Positions 27,794-38,317 of a stretch of 59,198 bases of DNA are shown one piece after another. The number at the start of each line of letters is the position of its first letter. Within the stretch, counting starts at the first letter, position 1. Below the pieces are notes generated by a model. It made no database searches and was not told where the DNA came from. It was given only the letters and a program-made list of their open reading frames with translations. A program made the position numbers and the translations under genes. The stretch spans positions 1 through 59,198 of the forward strand of contig JANTHT010000001.1 of assembly GCA_024762235.1 (NCBI GenBank), read 5' to 3'. This DNA comes from Sulfurospirillum sp. (GTDB lineage: Bacteria > Campylobacterota > Campylobacteria > Campylobacterales > QNZT01).

Positions 27794-30046
27794 ATGGTAA
27801 CTGCACAGAGTGTATCTACGGTAGAACTTGAGATCGACGGGCGAAAAGTCACAGCCTGGAAAGATGAGACGATTCTGCAGGTCGCGCGTCGTCACGGTAT
27901 CTACATACCGACGATGTGTTATCTTTCCAAAGTGAAACCGATTGCCTCATGCCGCATGTGTGTGGTCGATATCGAAGGGATGGAAGATCCGGTCCTCAGT
28001 TGTCAGGAGCGTGTCATCGAAGGGTTGAAAGTCACGACCAACTCGGAGTCGCTTTACAACTACAGGCAACAGATTATGAAACTCTACGATGTCAATCATC
28101 CTCTTGAATGCGGTGTATGCCCAAAGAGCGGTGAGTGTGATCTGCAGGACAAAACACTAGAATTCAGTGTCAATGATCAGGATTTCAGTGCCAGAGACCA
28201 CTATCGTCCGATAGAGCAGTGGGGAAATATCTCTTACGACCCGGCGCTCTGTATACTCTGTGAGCGATGCGTACGTGTCAGTAACGAGATTGTCGGAGAC
28301 GAAGCGCTTCAGATAGAACCGGGTGGATACAACTCGAAGATCGTCAATCTCAAAAAAGATGATCTCAATGTCGACTGGGGCGAGTGTGCGGCGGTATGTC
28401 CGGTAGGAGCACTGGCAGATACACATTTCAAGAGCACGACCAATCCCTGGGAATTGACAAAGATTCCCGCAGCATGTGCCCACTCAAGTTTCGGCCACTT
28501 TATCTACTATGAAACCAAGCATGACAAGATCTATCGCGTGCGCAATGTGGCAGAGTACGATACGATGTCCGGTGTCTGCCGTTACGGATACGATTTTGAA
28601 AACAGAGGTTCCAACAGTGAAGAGGATCTGGCGAAAGCGTTTGCCGCATTTGAAAAAGCCGATACAATCGTTTTCAATTCGATGATCACCAACGAAGAGG
28701 CGCTGATCCTGCAGAAACTCAAAGAGTTGCGGGGGTACCGTCTGATCAATCCTGAAGCCAGAAACTACCAGCGATTTATGCAGGCTTTTACCGGTATCAC
28801 AGGTCAGAATCTCTATATGGGTGATGTGGATGCTCTGGAGAGCAGTGATTATATCGTGGTTATCGGCACGCGTGTGGCAGACGATGTACCGGCTTTGAAG
28901 TTTAAAATCAATCAGGCTTCCAAGCGGCACCGTGCTGAAGTGATCTATATGCATCCGCTCGAAGATGAGAGTATCAGGACCATGGTGACGCAGTTTGTCA
29001 AATATGAGGCGGGATCCGAAGAGAGTGTTGTCGCGCTGTTGGCAAAAGCGCTCACGGAGGATAAAGCGTTGCCTGAAGCGATCAAGCGCATTTTCGATGC
29101 GTTGGACGAGGGATATATCAGCGCCGAAAGCAATGTCGGTGAGGAAGAGATCGGTGTGATGTTAAGAAAAACAAAGCGTAAAAAATCGATGACACTCGTT
29201 GCCGGTGCAGATCTTCTGGCGCATCCGAAAGCGGAAAATATTGCGCGTTTCCTGGGCTTGCTGGAGCGATACGCACATATGGAAGTGATCGTCGTACCGC
29301 CTTCAGTCAATACACTGGGGGTTTCGCTTATCTGTGATCTGGATGATGAAGCGGGTAGTTACGCGGTCGGTTACAATATGCCTGCCGATTTCGTTCTGAG
29401 TGCACTCGAAGATGCGGGGGATGTCAATATGCCGGCACTCAATCAGCAGGAGGGTACTTTTACAACGATCCATAAAAAGGTGGTACCGACCCATGTTGCA
29501 GTCGGATTCGACGGTTTCTGCCTGAACGATATCGCCAACACTCTCGGTCTCAGTACGCGATATACGATCGACTATACATCGCAGCTTCCACAGGAAAAAG
29601 GTTTCAGGGCAGAAAATTTCGATGCGCTTCCCGCCTATTTCGATAAGGATGGAAATGAAGTGAGAGGCTATACGCTGCAAGTGCAAAGCTGTCCGGAAGA
29701 GATGGCGCTCGAAGCACCGGATGAACTGGAGAGCTTCGATGGAACTGTCGTCTATGTATGCAATCCGAACGCTCAGAAAAATATATTTACAAATATCTGT
29801 GCACATCTTCCAAGAGAGGATCGTCTCAGAGGATCGCAGCAGTTCGCGACAGCGGCAAAGATTTCAGATGGGGATGTTGTGTCGTTGACGATCGATGGTT
29901 ATGCAATAGAGAAAAAGTTTAAAGTCGAACCGGAGCTGAAAGGTACGATTGCGCTGCTGCCTTCTTTTGATCTTGGATTTGAGGGAGAGCGTGTGACAAG
30001 AGGTTATCGGTTCAATCAAGTGAAATTAAAACAGGTAGGCAAATGA
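27794..30046 (+). CDS. nuoG: NADH-quinone oxidoreductase subunit G, paralog 1
   Basis: 2Fe-2S (CYLS..CRMC..C), His-ligated 4Fe-4S (HPLECGVCPKSGEC) and N4-type (CILCERC..CP) motifs, plus a molybdopterin-like C-terminal domain. Start chosen at the ATG at 27794, just after the upstream stop. Confidence 0.9.
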   Translation: MVTAQSVSTVELEIDGRKVTAWKDETILQVARRHGIYIPTMCYLSKVKPIASCRMCVVDIEGMEDPVLSCQERVIEGLKVTTNSESLYNYRQQIMKLYDVNHPLECGVCPKSGECDLQDKTLEFSVNDQDFSARDHYRPIEQWGNISYDPALCILCERCVRVSNEIVGDEALQIEPGGYNSKIVNLKKDDLNVDWGECAAVCPVGALADTHFKSTTNPWELTKIPAACAHSSFGHFIYYETKHDKIYRVRNVAEYDTMSGVCRYGYDFENRGSNSEEDLAKAFAAFEKADTIVFNSMITNEEALILQKLKELRGYRLINPEARNYQRFMQAFTGITGQNLYMGDVDALESSDYIVVIGTRVADDVPALKFKINQASKRHRAEVIYMHPLEDESIRTMVTQFVKYEAGSEESVVALLAKALTEDKALPEAIKRIFDALDEGYISAESNVGEEEIGVMLRKTKRKKSMTLVAGADLLAHPKAENIARFLGLLERYAHMEVIVVPPSVNTLGVSLICDLDDEAGSYAVGYNMPADFVLSALEDAGDVNMPALNQQEGTFTTIHKKVVPTHVAVGFDGFCLNDIANTLGLSTRYTIDYTSQLPQEKGFRAENFDALPAYFDKDGNEVRGYTLQVQSCPEEMALEAPDELESFDGTVVYVCNPNAQKNIFTNICAHLPREDRLRGSQQFATAAKISDGDVVSLTIDGYAIEKKFKVEPELKGTIALLPSFDLGFEGERVTRGYRFNQVKLKQVGK

Positions 30047-32379
30047 GTGATATAACAGTCAAGATAAACGGTGTCGACTATAAAGCCAAAGAGGGTGAGT
30101 TTCTGCTGAATATCGCCAGACGTGAGAATATCTTTATTCCTGCGATATGTTATCAGACAGAGTGTTCTCCGACACTCGCCTGTCGTCTCTGTATCGTGGA
30201 AGCGGATGGTAAAAGAGTCTATGCCTGTAATGCCAAGGCAAAAGACGGCATGGAGGTGATCACGGAAAACGAAGAGATACGGGAAGAGCGCGAATCTATC
30301 ATGCAGGTCTACGATGTCAACCACCCGCTCGAGTGCGGCGTCTGTGATCAGAGTGGTGAGTGTGAGTTGCAGGATTATACGCTCTATATGAATGTCAACG
30401 AGCAGAAATATACTATTCCCGATACGTATCGTCCGATACGTGACTGGGGATTGATCAAATACGACGCTTCGCTCTGTATCGTCTGTGAGAAGTGTATCAC
30501 TGTCTGTAAAGATATGATCGGTGACTCCGTACTGAAAACAGTACCCAGAGGAGGCGAGCCGCTCAACAAAGAGTTGAAAGCGACGATGCCCAAAGATGCC
30601 TATGCGATGTGGAACAAACTACAGAAATCGATCATCGGTACAGTCAATGAAGATAATAGTCTCGAGTGTCAGGATTGCGGTGAGTGTATCGCTGTCTGTC
30701 CGGTCGGCGCCCTGATCAGTTCCGATTTTCAATATAAAGCCAATGCATGGGAATTACGCAAGATTCCTGCCTCCAATCCGCACAGCAGCGACTGTTCACT
30801 CATCTACTACAATGTCAAGCATGGTGATATTTCACACTATCATGACGAAAAGATATACCGAGTCACCAACGATGCCCATTTTGTGACACTGCATGGCGCT
30901 GCACGATTTGGTTTCGATTTTGAGAACAACGTGGCTGGAAAAGATAAGGCGATGTTCGAAAAAGCGGTTGACTTCCTGAAAAACGAAGCTGACACGATAC
31001 GTTTTTCAAGTTATATTACCAATGAAGAGGCGCTGATACTGCAGAAAATGAAAGAGAAGCTCGGCGTGAAGCTTGTCAATGAAGATGCCTATGCCTATCA
31101 GCAATTTATGAAAAATTATAGCTCTGTCAGTGGTAAGAGTCTCTATAGCGGTGATCTCAAAACGATCAAGGCGAGCGGTTTTGTGATTTGTGTCGGTACG
31201 CAGGTGCGCTACGATGCACCCAATGTCGGTTATGCGATCAACAACGCCGTGACGATGAACAAGGGCGCGGGCCTCTATTTCCATCCGGTCGGAGATAAAG
31301 TGGTCGGTACATTTTCCAAAAATATGATGACAATCGCCCATCAGCCCGGTGCCGAAGAGCACATACTGGCATTTGTCCTGGACTATTTCAGTAAAGTGGA
31401 GGCTGCCGCGAAAGAGGCACTGCCTGAAGATATTGCAGGTCTCGTAGCGGAGTATGCGAAGGAAACTGTCGCGCTTCCGGAAGAGTTTGATGCGAAGATG
31501 ACGAAAATGCTTGCAAAGAAAGAGAGATTTTCGCTCGTCGTCGGTGAAGATCTCTATAGACATGCACGCAGTGCAAATATCGCGAAATTGGCGGGAGCGG
31601 TAGAACGATACACAAACATCGACGTTGTGGTGATTCCTTCCAAAACCAATACACTCGGTGTCTCTCTGATCTGTGAGCTGGACGCAGAGGCCGGCGAGAA
31701 GGTACTCGGATACAATGCCGAGGGTGACTTCGTTCTGAGTGCACTGGGCGACGGTGACCTCGATATGCCGGCGCTCAATCAGCAGGAGGGGACTTTTACG
31801 AGTCTGAACAAACGTGTTGTGCCGACAAACGTCGCGCTGGAGTTCAGCGGATATGAACTCAACGATATCGCGAATGCAGCAGGTATCGGCCCTAAAAAAC
31901 TGACGATCGACTACACATCTGAACTGCCGCAGGAGAAGGGGTATCGTGAGGCACTCTTCGATACACTCCCCAACTATATGGACAATGGCGGCAACGAAGT
32001 ACGGGGATATGCGTTGGATATGGTCGAAAGCGCTGCCGGGAGTGCGGTCGAAAAATTGGAAGATGCTGCGCTTATGGAGGGTGAGCTTGTCTACCTCTCC
32101 AATCCGATCAATCAGTTTAGTCCGTTTACCAATAAGGCACATCAGCTCAGGACGGAGGGCAAACTTTATGTATCGGCTGAGTTTGCAGAGGCGAAAGGAT
32201 TGGCGGATGGCGACAGCGTCGAGATCAGCAATGATGCTGGAAGTATAGATACGAAGGTTGAAATCGATTTACAATTGACGGGAGATATTCCATATCTTTC
32301 TACTTTCGACAAGACGCTGGATACGCAAAGCCTGTTTGATGGAAGCAGATTTACAATAGCAACAATAAGGAAGGTGTAA
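30043..32379 (+). CDS. nuoG: NADH-quinone oxidoreductase subunit G, paralog 2 (extra ferredoxin-type Cys motif)
   Basis: Same architecture as paralog 1, but with CIVCEKCITVC and CQDCGECIAVCP (a 2x[4Fe-4S] pattern). ATGA-type overlap with paralog 1. Confidence 0.9.
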   Translation: MSDITVKINGVDYKAKEGEFLLNIARRENIFIPAICYQTECSPTLACRLCIVEADGKRVYACNAKAKDGMEVITENEEIREERESIMQVYDVNHPLECGVCDQSGECELQDYTLYMNVNEQKYTIPDTYRPIRDWGLIKYDASLCIVCEKCITVCKDMIGDSVLKTVPRGGEPLNKELKATMPKDAYAMWNKLQKSIIGTVNEDNSLECQDCGECIAVCPVGALISSDFQYKANAWELRKIPASNPHSSDCSLIYYNVKHGDISHYHDEKIYRVTNDAHFVTLHGAARFGFDFENNVAGKDKAMFEKAVDFLKNEADTIRFSSYITNEEALILQKMKEKLGVKLVNEDAYAYQQFMKNYSSVSGKSLYSGDLKTIKASGFVICVGTQVRYDAPNVGYAINNAVTMNKGAGLYFHPVGDKVVGTFSKNMMTIAHQPGAEEHILAFVLDYFSKVEAAAKEALPEDIAGLVAEYAKETVALPEEFDAKMTKMLAKKERFSLVVGEDLYRHARSANIAKLAGAVERYTNIDVVVIPSKTNTLGVSLICELDAEAGEKVLGYNAEGDFVLSALGDGDLDMPALNQQEGTFTSLNKRVVPTNVALEFSGYELNDIANAAGIGPKKLTIDYTSELPQEKGYREALFDTLPNYMDNGGNEVRGYALDMVESAAGSAVEKLEDAALMEGELVYLSNPINQFSPFTNKAHQLRTEGKLYVSAEFAEAKGLADGDSVEISNDAGSIDTKVEIDLQLTGDIPYLSTFDKTLDTQSLFDGSRFTIATIRKV

Positions 32380-32382
32380 ACT

Positions 32383-33378
32383 ATGGATAGTGCATATGTG
32401 ATAGAGACGATCGTCAAGGTGATCGTGATTCTTACTGTGTTTTCAGCGTTGGCAGGTATTACGACCTATTTCGAGAGGAAGGTGCTGGCATTTATGCAAA
32501 GACGCCTCGGGCCTATGCATGTCGGACCGTACGGAATTTTACAGGTAGCGGCTGACGGTATCAAACTCTTTACCAAAGAGGATATCGTTCCGCAAAATGC
32601 CGTCAAACCTATCTTCAAGATCGCACCTGTTTTTGCTGCTGCGACCGCTTTCATCGCGATGTCGGCAGTGCCGTTTCTGCCGGAGTTTACGCTGCCGTTT
32701 ACAGACTATACGGTACGACCGATCGTATCCGATATCAATATCGGTATACTTTTCGTCGTGGGTGTCATGGCGGTGGGTATGTATGCACCGCTGCTTGGCG
32801 GTATGGCATCACACAACAAATGGTCGCTTCTGGGTGCGGCGCGTACCGTGATTCAGATGCTGTCGTTCGAAGTGGTGACAGGGTTGTCGCTGATCGCACC
32901 TTTGATGATTGTCGGCTCTTTGTCACTGATCGATATCAACAACTACCAGCAAGGCGGGATCGGCCACTGGATCGTGTGGGCGCAGCCTGTAGCTTTCATA
33001 CTCTATCTGATCTCGGGCTACGCTGAAACCAACAGAACACCTTTTGACCTTCTGGAGCATGAGGCGGAGGTTGTCACCGGTTACGCCACAGAGTATAGCG
33101 GCATGCGATGGGGACTTTTTGCGATAGGCGAATATGCAAATATGTTTACGGTGGCATTTATAGCAAGCTTAGTATTTTTAGGTGGTTTCAATCCTATGGG
33201 ATTTATTCCGGGAGGGCTGGCTATAATACTCAAAGTTTCTGTACTGATTTTCCTCTTTTTGTGGGTCAGGGCAGCCTGGCCGCATATCAGACCGGATCAA
33301 CTCATGTGGCTATGCTGGAAAGTGCTGATGCCGTTGGCTGTCGTCAATATTTTAATTACCGGCATTGTGCTGATATAG
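32383..33378 (+). CDS. nuoH: NADH-quinone oxidoreductase subunit H
   Basis: 331 aa, polytopic, with NuoH signature (..AETNRTPFDLLEHEAEVV.GY.TEYSGM..). Confidence 0.95.
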   Translation: MDSAYVIETIVKVIVILTVFSALAGITTYFERKVLAFMQRRLGPMHVGPYGILQVAADGIKLFTKEDIVPQNAVKPIFKIAPVFAAATAFIAMSAVPFLPEFTLPFTDYTVRPIVSDINIGILFVVGVMAVGMYAPLLGGMASHNKWSLLGAARTVIQMLSFEVVTGLSLIAPLMIVGSLSLIDINNYQQGGIGHWIVWAQPVAFILYLISGYAETNRTPFDLLEHEAEVVTGYATEYSGMRWGLFAIGEYANMFTVAFIASLVFLGGFNPMGFIPGGLAIILKVSVLIFLFLWVRAAWPHIRPDQLMWLCWKVLMPLAVVNILITGIVLI

Positions 33379-33387
33379 GAGAGGAAA

Positions 33388-34005
33388 ATGATGGATTTAA
33401 CCAATTACAATAACAGAAATATATCCGATGATTACTTTTATCTCGATTTGGAAGAGCCTCCGAAAACATGGCAGGAGAAGTTCAAACGTGTTGTCAAAAG
33501 GTCGCTCAGCGGGGAGCTTTTCGTCGGTCTTTGGATCGTATTTCGTGAGATGATCAAGTTTGACATACATACCATACAGTATCCCAAGGAGAAGTTACCG
33601 ATCAGTCCCAGATACCGTGCACTTCACCAGATCAAAAGACTGGTTGAAAGCGGTAACCAGGCATGTATCGGGTGCGGACTGTGTGAAAAGATCTGTATCT
33701 CAAACTGTATCCAGATCGATACGAAGTATGGCAGCAAGGGACGCAAAGTCGTCAAGGGGTATTCGATCAATCTGGGCAGATGTATCTTCTGCGGCTACTG
33801 TGCGGAAGTGTGTCCCGAGCTGGCGATTACGCACGGTCAGGATTATGAGCATGTCAGTGAGCAGAGAGCGCACTTTGCGACGATGGCAGAACTGGTGACA
33901 CCTATGGATCTCTTCAAAGCGGGTAAACAGAAACCATATCCGGGATTTGGTTCACTGACACCGAATGCCGACAACAATGTTAAAAAAACGCCATTAGCGT
34001 ATTAA
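33388..34005 (+). CDS. nuoI: NADH-quinone oxidoreductase subunit I
   Basis: Two CxxCxxCxxxC(P) motifs (CIGCGLCEKIC, CIFCGYCAEVCP). Confidence 0.95.
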   Translation: MMDLTNYNNRNISDDYFYLDLEEPPKTWQEKFKRVVKRSLSGELFVGLWIVFREMIKFDIHTIQYPKEKLPISPRYRALHQIKRLVESGNQACIGCGLCEKICISNCIQIDTKYGSKGRKVVKGYSINLGRCIFCGYCAEVCPELAITHGQDYEHVSEQRAHFATMAELVTPMDLFKAGKQKPYPGFGSLTPNADNNVKKTPLAY

Positions 34006-34010
34006 GGACT

Positions 34011-34589
34011 GTGATGGAAGCGATAGCGTTTTATCTATTTTCGGCGATAACGATCGGTATGTTTCTGATCGTTGTCTTTAGTAAAAATGCACTCTATGCG
34101 ATGAGTGCCCTGGCTGGCGGTATGATCGCGATTTCGGGATTTTTCTTTCTGCTCGATGCCGATTTTCTCGGTGCGGTACAGATTATCGTCTATACCGGTG
34201 CAGTGATGGCCCTCTATGCGTTCGGTATGATGTTCTTCGATACCACCAAAGAGGTGAAAGAGAATATCAAAGAGCACAGAATCGTCAATGCGCTCTGGAT
34301 TTCTGCGGTGGTGATGCTGATCGTCATCGTTTCTGTTCCGTTTCTCTCTGATCAGGTCTTACTTGATGCATCGCTGATGGATTATAAAGTGCACGGTGCC
34401 AACAATCCACAGGCTGTCGGTATTTTCCTCTTCACGAAATATCTTGTACAGTTCGAACTTGCTGCGGTGATGCTGCTTGTCGCGATGATTGCAGGAATCA
34501 TTCTGGTCAGTAAGAAGATGGATGTAAGCCTGACGACGATGGATGAACAGGTCGAAAAAGAAGAGTTTCATATAAAGGAAGTTAAATGA
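34011..34589 (+). CDS. nuoJ: NADH-quinone oxidoreductase subunit J
   Basis: 192-aa polytopic protein between nuoI and nuoK. Start is GTG 34011 or ATG 34014. Confidence 0.9.
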   Translation: MMEAIAFYLFSAITIGMFLIVVFSKNALYAMSALAGGMIAISGFFFLLDADFLGAVQIIVYTGAVMALYAFGMMFFDTTKEVKENIKEHRIVNALWISAVVMLIVIVSVPFLSDQVLLDASLMDYKVHGANNPQAVGIFLFTKYLVQFELAAVMLLVAMIAGIILVSKKMDVSLTTMDEQVEKEEFHIKEVK

Positions 34590-34888
34590 TCACCCTCACA
34601 CACTATCTTGTACTGAGTGCGATTCTGTTTGCAATCGGGATGGCCGGTGTCGTACGCAGAAAAAATCTGTTGTTGCTGTTCTTCTCTACCGAGATCATGC
34701 TCAATGCAGTCAACATAGGCTTTGCCGCAGTTTCAAAATTTTACGGAGATCTGACGGGCCAGATGGTATCGTTTTTTATCATTGCCGTTGCCGCGAGTGA
34801 GGTGGCTGTCGGTCTTGGGCTGCTGGTACTCTGGTATAAAAGAACCGGAACGATCGATCTGGAATCAATGCAAGAGATGAAAGGATAA
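34586..34888 (+). CDS. nuoK: NADH-quinone oxidoreductase subunit K
   Basis: 100 aa with 3 TM helices and the conserved Glu-containing helices (..FSTEIMLNAVN.., ..AASEVAVGL..). Confidence 0.95.
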   Translation: MITLTHYLVLSAILFAIGMAGVVRRKNLLLLFFSTEIMLNAVNIGFAAVSKFYGDLTGQMVSFFIIAVAASEVAVGLGLLVLWYKRTGTIDLESMQEMKG

Positions 34889-34891
34889 AGG

Positions 34892-36778
34892 ATGGCCTCA
34901 TACGTATATATAGCGCTTTTCGCTCCGTTGATCGGTTCACTCTTCGCAGCACTCTTTGGAGATAAGCCCAAAACGGTGATAACCGGCATCGTCACATCGG
35001 CTCTGTTGTTCGTCTCCTGGTACGCTTCGATTACACTGCTCGGATATGTGGACGAATCCCATGTCGTACATGTGAAACTGATGAACTGGATAGCTGCAGG
35101 CAATTTCAATGTCGATTTCGGTTTTGTGGCGGATCAGGTATCGGTCATCATGATGGTGACGGTGACAACGGTTTCGACACTCGTCCATATCTACTCCATC
35201 GGATACATGGACCACGACAAAGGATTCAACCGTTACTTCTCGTACCTTTCAGCGTTCGTCTTTTCGATGATGGTGCTGGTGATGAGTGACAACTTCCTGG
35301 GTCTTTTTATCGGATGGGAAGGCGTCGGACTCTGCTCCTGGCTGCTGATCGGATTCTGGTACTATAAAAAAGATGTCAGCACCAAAGAGAATCCCGCCAT
35401 ATCCCCAGCCTATGCCGCCAATGAAGCGTTCGTGATGAACAGGATCGCCGACCTCGGGATGCTGATCGGTATCTTCATGATCTACTGGAATATCGGTTCG
35501 CTCGAGTATGAGACCGTATTTGCAAACATCGGCAGTCTTGACGGATATACGATCACGATGATCGGTATCTTCCTTTTTATCGGTGCTATGGGTAAATCTG
35601 CGCAGTTTCCGTTGCACACCTGGCTGGCAAATGCGATGGAAGGTCCGACCCCTGTATCTGCACTGATTCACGCCGCTACGATGGTCACAGCCGGTGTCTA
35701 TCTGGTGGTCAGAAGTTTCGAGATCTACTCACTGATTCCGGATGTCGGTTATTTTATCGCATGTCTGGGCGCGTTCGTCGCGATCTTCGCTGCTTCGATG
35801 GCGCTTGTAAACCTCGAGATGAAGAGGATCATCGCCTACTCCACGCTCTCGCAACTGGGATACATGTTTGTCGCGGCGGGACTGGGTGCCTACTGGATCG
35901 CACTCTTTCACCTGATGACACACGCCTTTTTCAAATCGGTACTCTTCCTCGGAGCAGGTAATGTCATGCATGCGATGGATGAAGAGAAGTATATCGACAA
36001 GATGGGCGGACTGGGAAAAGTGATGCCCTGGACGATGGGTATCATGACAGTCGCATCGCTTGCGCTGGCCGGCATTTGGCCGTTTGCCGGTTTCTTCTCC
36101 AAAGACAAGATACTTGAAACAGCATTTTCGCAGAATCACTATTTTCTCTGGTTTATGCTCTGGATCGGTGCGGGTATGACAGCATACTACAGCTTCCGTC
36201 TTATCATGATGGTCTTTTTCGGTGAGGAACACTATAAAAAATATGGCAAACATCCGCATGAAGCGTATCCGTATGTGATTGCCGCGATGATTCCTCTCGC
36301 GATACTTGCGATGATCGCCGGTTTCTTCGAGCACTCTTTTGTCGAGTATGTGACGCAGCTGTTGCCGGAATATGAACCGCATGTTTCCGGTGCGACATTC
36401 ATTTTCCTGCTGGTGGTGACTCTGGGTATTGCTATCGGCGGTATTACATTGGCGGTGGTGAAGTTTTCGAAAGGGAATTTCGACTACTTTTTCAAGAAAC
36501 TGGGTGTTTACGATGTTTTGTTCAACCAATATTATATACCTGATTTTTATCAGAAAGCGATCTGTGCTCCCTACGCAAAGATTTCAGAGTACGCCTGGAA
36601 AAATATAGATATGAAGATTGTCGATGCGACGGTTGATTTTATTGCCGGTGTGATCTACAAGGCAGGTGATAAAGCGAGAGCGATGCAGACTGGTAATCTG
36701 TCTACAAACTTAAAATGGATGGCACTTGGTCTTGTTGTGTTGCTGGCTGCGGCACTACTGTACAGACCGGGTATGTAA
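34892..36778 (+). CDS. nuoL: NADH-quinone oxidoreductase subunit L
   Basis: 628-aa Mrp-antiporter-like subunit with a C-terminal lateral-helix region. Confidence 0.95.
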   Translation: MASYVYIALFAPLIGSLFAALFGDKPKTVITGIVTSALLFVSWYASITLLGYVDESHVVHVKLMNWIAAGNFNVDFGFVADQVSVIMMVTVTTVSTLVHIYSIGYMDHDKGFNRYFSYLSAFVFSMMVLVMSDNFLGLFIGWEGVGLCSWLLIGFWYYKKDVSTKENPAISPAYAANEAFVMNRIADLGMLIGIFMIYWNIGSLEYETVFANIGSLDGYTITMIGIFLFIGAMGKSAQFPLHTWLANAMEGPTPVSALIHAATMVTAGVYLVVRSFEIYSLIPDVGYFIACLGAFVAIFAASMALVNLEMKRIIAYSTLSQLGYMFVAAGLGAYWIALFHLMTHAFFKSVLFLGAGNVMHAMDEEKYIDKMGGLGKVMPWTMGIMTVASLALAGIWPFAGFFSKDKILETAFSQNHYFLWFMLWIGAGMTAYYSFRLIMMVFFGEEHYKKYGKHPHEAYPYVIAAMIPLAILAMIAGFFEHSFVEYVTQLLPEYEPHVSGATFIFLLVVTLGIAIGGITLAVVKFSKGNFDYFFKKLGVYDVLFNQYYIPDFYQKAICAPYAKISEYAWKNIDMKIVDATVDFIAGVIYKAGDKARAMQTGNLSTNLKWMALGLVVLLAAALLYRPGM

Positions 36779-36790
36779 GGAGCGTATGAG

Positions 36791-38317
36791 ATGGAATCAC
36801 TTTTAACACTACTGGTATTTTTCCCTGCAGTCGCGGGAATATTCGGATTTATGATCGAAAAAAAAGCGATCAGAGCATATGGAATCGCCGTCACGGTGAT
36901 CGAATTTGTGTTGTCGCTTCTTTTGTGGATTATGTTCGACAGCTCCAACCCCGGTTATCAGTTCATCGAGAAAGCGCCTCTGATCAGCGATTTCGGCATC
37001 AACTATTTTCTCGGCATCGACGGTATATCGCTTTTTCTGATTATTCTGAGTACTTTTATGACGATGATAGCCGTTATCGGGCTGACCATCAAAGAGGATT
37101 TGAAAAACCTGATCATCACGATACTGATACTTGAAATGACGATGGTAGGTGTATTTGCCGCTTTGGATGTGATCCTGTTCTACGTCTTCTGGGAACTCTC
37201 TCTGGTGCCGATGCTCTATATCATTGGTGCATGGGGATCCAATCTCAGAATATATGCCGCAGTCAAATTTTTCCTCTATACCTTCGCGGGATCGCTGTTG
37301 ATGCTGATCGGTATCCTCTATATGGCATATCTGCATCATCAGATGAGCGGTGTATGGAGTTTTGCTATACCGGACTGGCAGGCGATGCCGATAGACTTCA
37401 CGACACAACTGTGGTTGTTCGGTGCTTTTTTCATAGGTTTTGCGATCAAAGTACCGATGTTTCCGTTTCATACATGGCTGCCCTATGCGCATGGCCAGGC
37501 ACCGACAGTCGGTTCTGTCATCCTCGCTGCTGTCCTGCTGAAAATGGGTACGTACGGTTTCGTCAGGTTTTCACTCCCTATGTTTCCTGACGCATCGGTC
37601 TATTTCATCACACCGGTCGCGATCATCGCGATCATCATGGTGATCTATACGGCGATGATAGCCTTCGCTCAGGAAGATATGAAACAGGTGATCGCTTACA
37701 GTTCGATATCACATATGGGTATCATCGTGATCGGTACGTTCGCGATGAATGCCGAGGGTATCACAGGTTCTATTTTTCTGATGCTGAGTCATGGTATCGT
37801 CAGTGGCGCTCTGTTTATGCTTGTCGGTGTGATCTACGACAGGACCCATACCAAACTGATGCGTGAATTCGGAGGGCTTGCATCCGTTATGCCCAGGTAT
37901 GCGACGATCTTCGGCATCATGCTGATGGCTTCAGTCGGGTTGCCGCTGACGATCGGTTTTGTCGGTGAGTTCCTCTCACTGCTGGGATTTTATAAAATCT
38001 CTCCAGTTATGACCGCATTGGCGGGTACAGGTATTATCATCGGGGCTGTCTATATGCTGAGCCTTTATAAAAAGTCTTTCTTCGGCCCTTTGACCAACCC
38101 CAAAAACAGTCAACTCAAGGATTTGACACCGCAGGAACTGACCGCGCTCACGCCTCTGGTGATCATGGTTGTATGGCTCGGTGTATATCCCAAACCCGTT
38201 CTTGCTCCTATCGACAACAGTGTCAAATCTATGATCGTACATATGGAGCAGAAAGCTGTGACACCCGAGGCAAAATCGCTTCTTGTCAAAGCAAATAGTA
38301 TCAAGGAGGCCGAGTAA
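36791..38317 (+). CDS. nuoM: NADH-quinone oxidoreductase subunit M
   Basis: 508-aa antiporter-like subunit (..FWELSLVPM.., ..[12 protein letters not shown]..). Confidence 0.95.
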   Translation: MESLLTLLVFFPAVAGIFGFMIEKKAIRAYGIAVTVIEFVLSLLLWIMFDSSNPGYQFIEKAPLISDFGINYFLGIDGISLFLIILSTFMTMIAVIGLTIKEDLKNLIITILILEMTMVGVFAALDVILFYVFWELSLVPMLYIIGAWGSNLRIYAAVKFFLYTFAGSLLMLIGILYMAYLHHQMSGVWSFAIPDWQAMPIDFTTQLWLFGAFFIGFAIKVPMFPFHTWLPYAHGQAPTVGSVILAAVLLKMGTYGFVRFSLPMFPDASVYFITPVAIIAIIMVIYTAMIAFAQEDMKQVIAYSSISHMGIIVIGTFAMNAEGITGSIFLMLSHGIVSGALFMLVGVIYDRTHTKLMREFGGLASVMPRYATIFGIMLMASVGLPLTIGFVGEFLSLLGFYKISPVMTALAGTGIIIGAVYMLSLYKKSFFGPLTNPKNSQLKDLTPQELTALTPLVIMVVWLGVYPKPVLAPIDNSVKSMIVHMEQKAVTPEAKSLLVKANSIKEAE

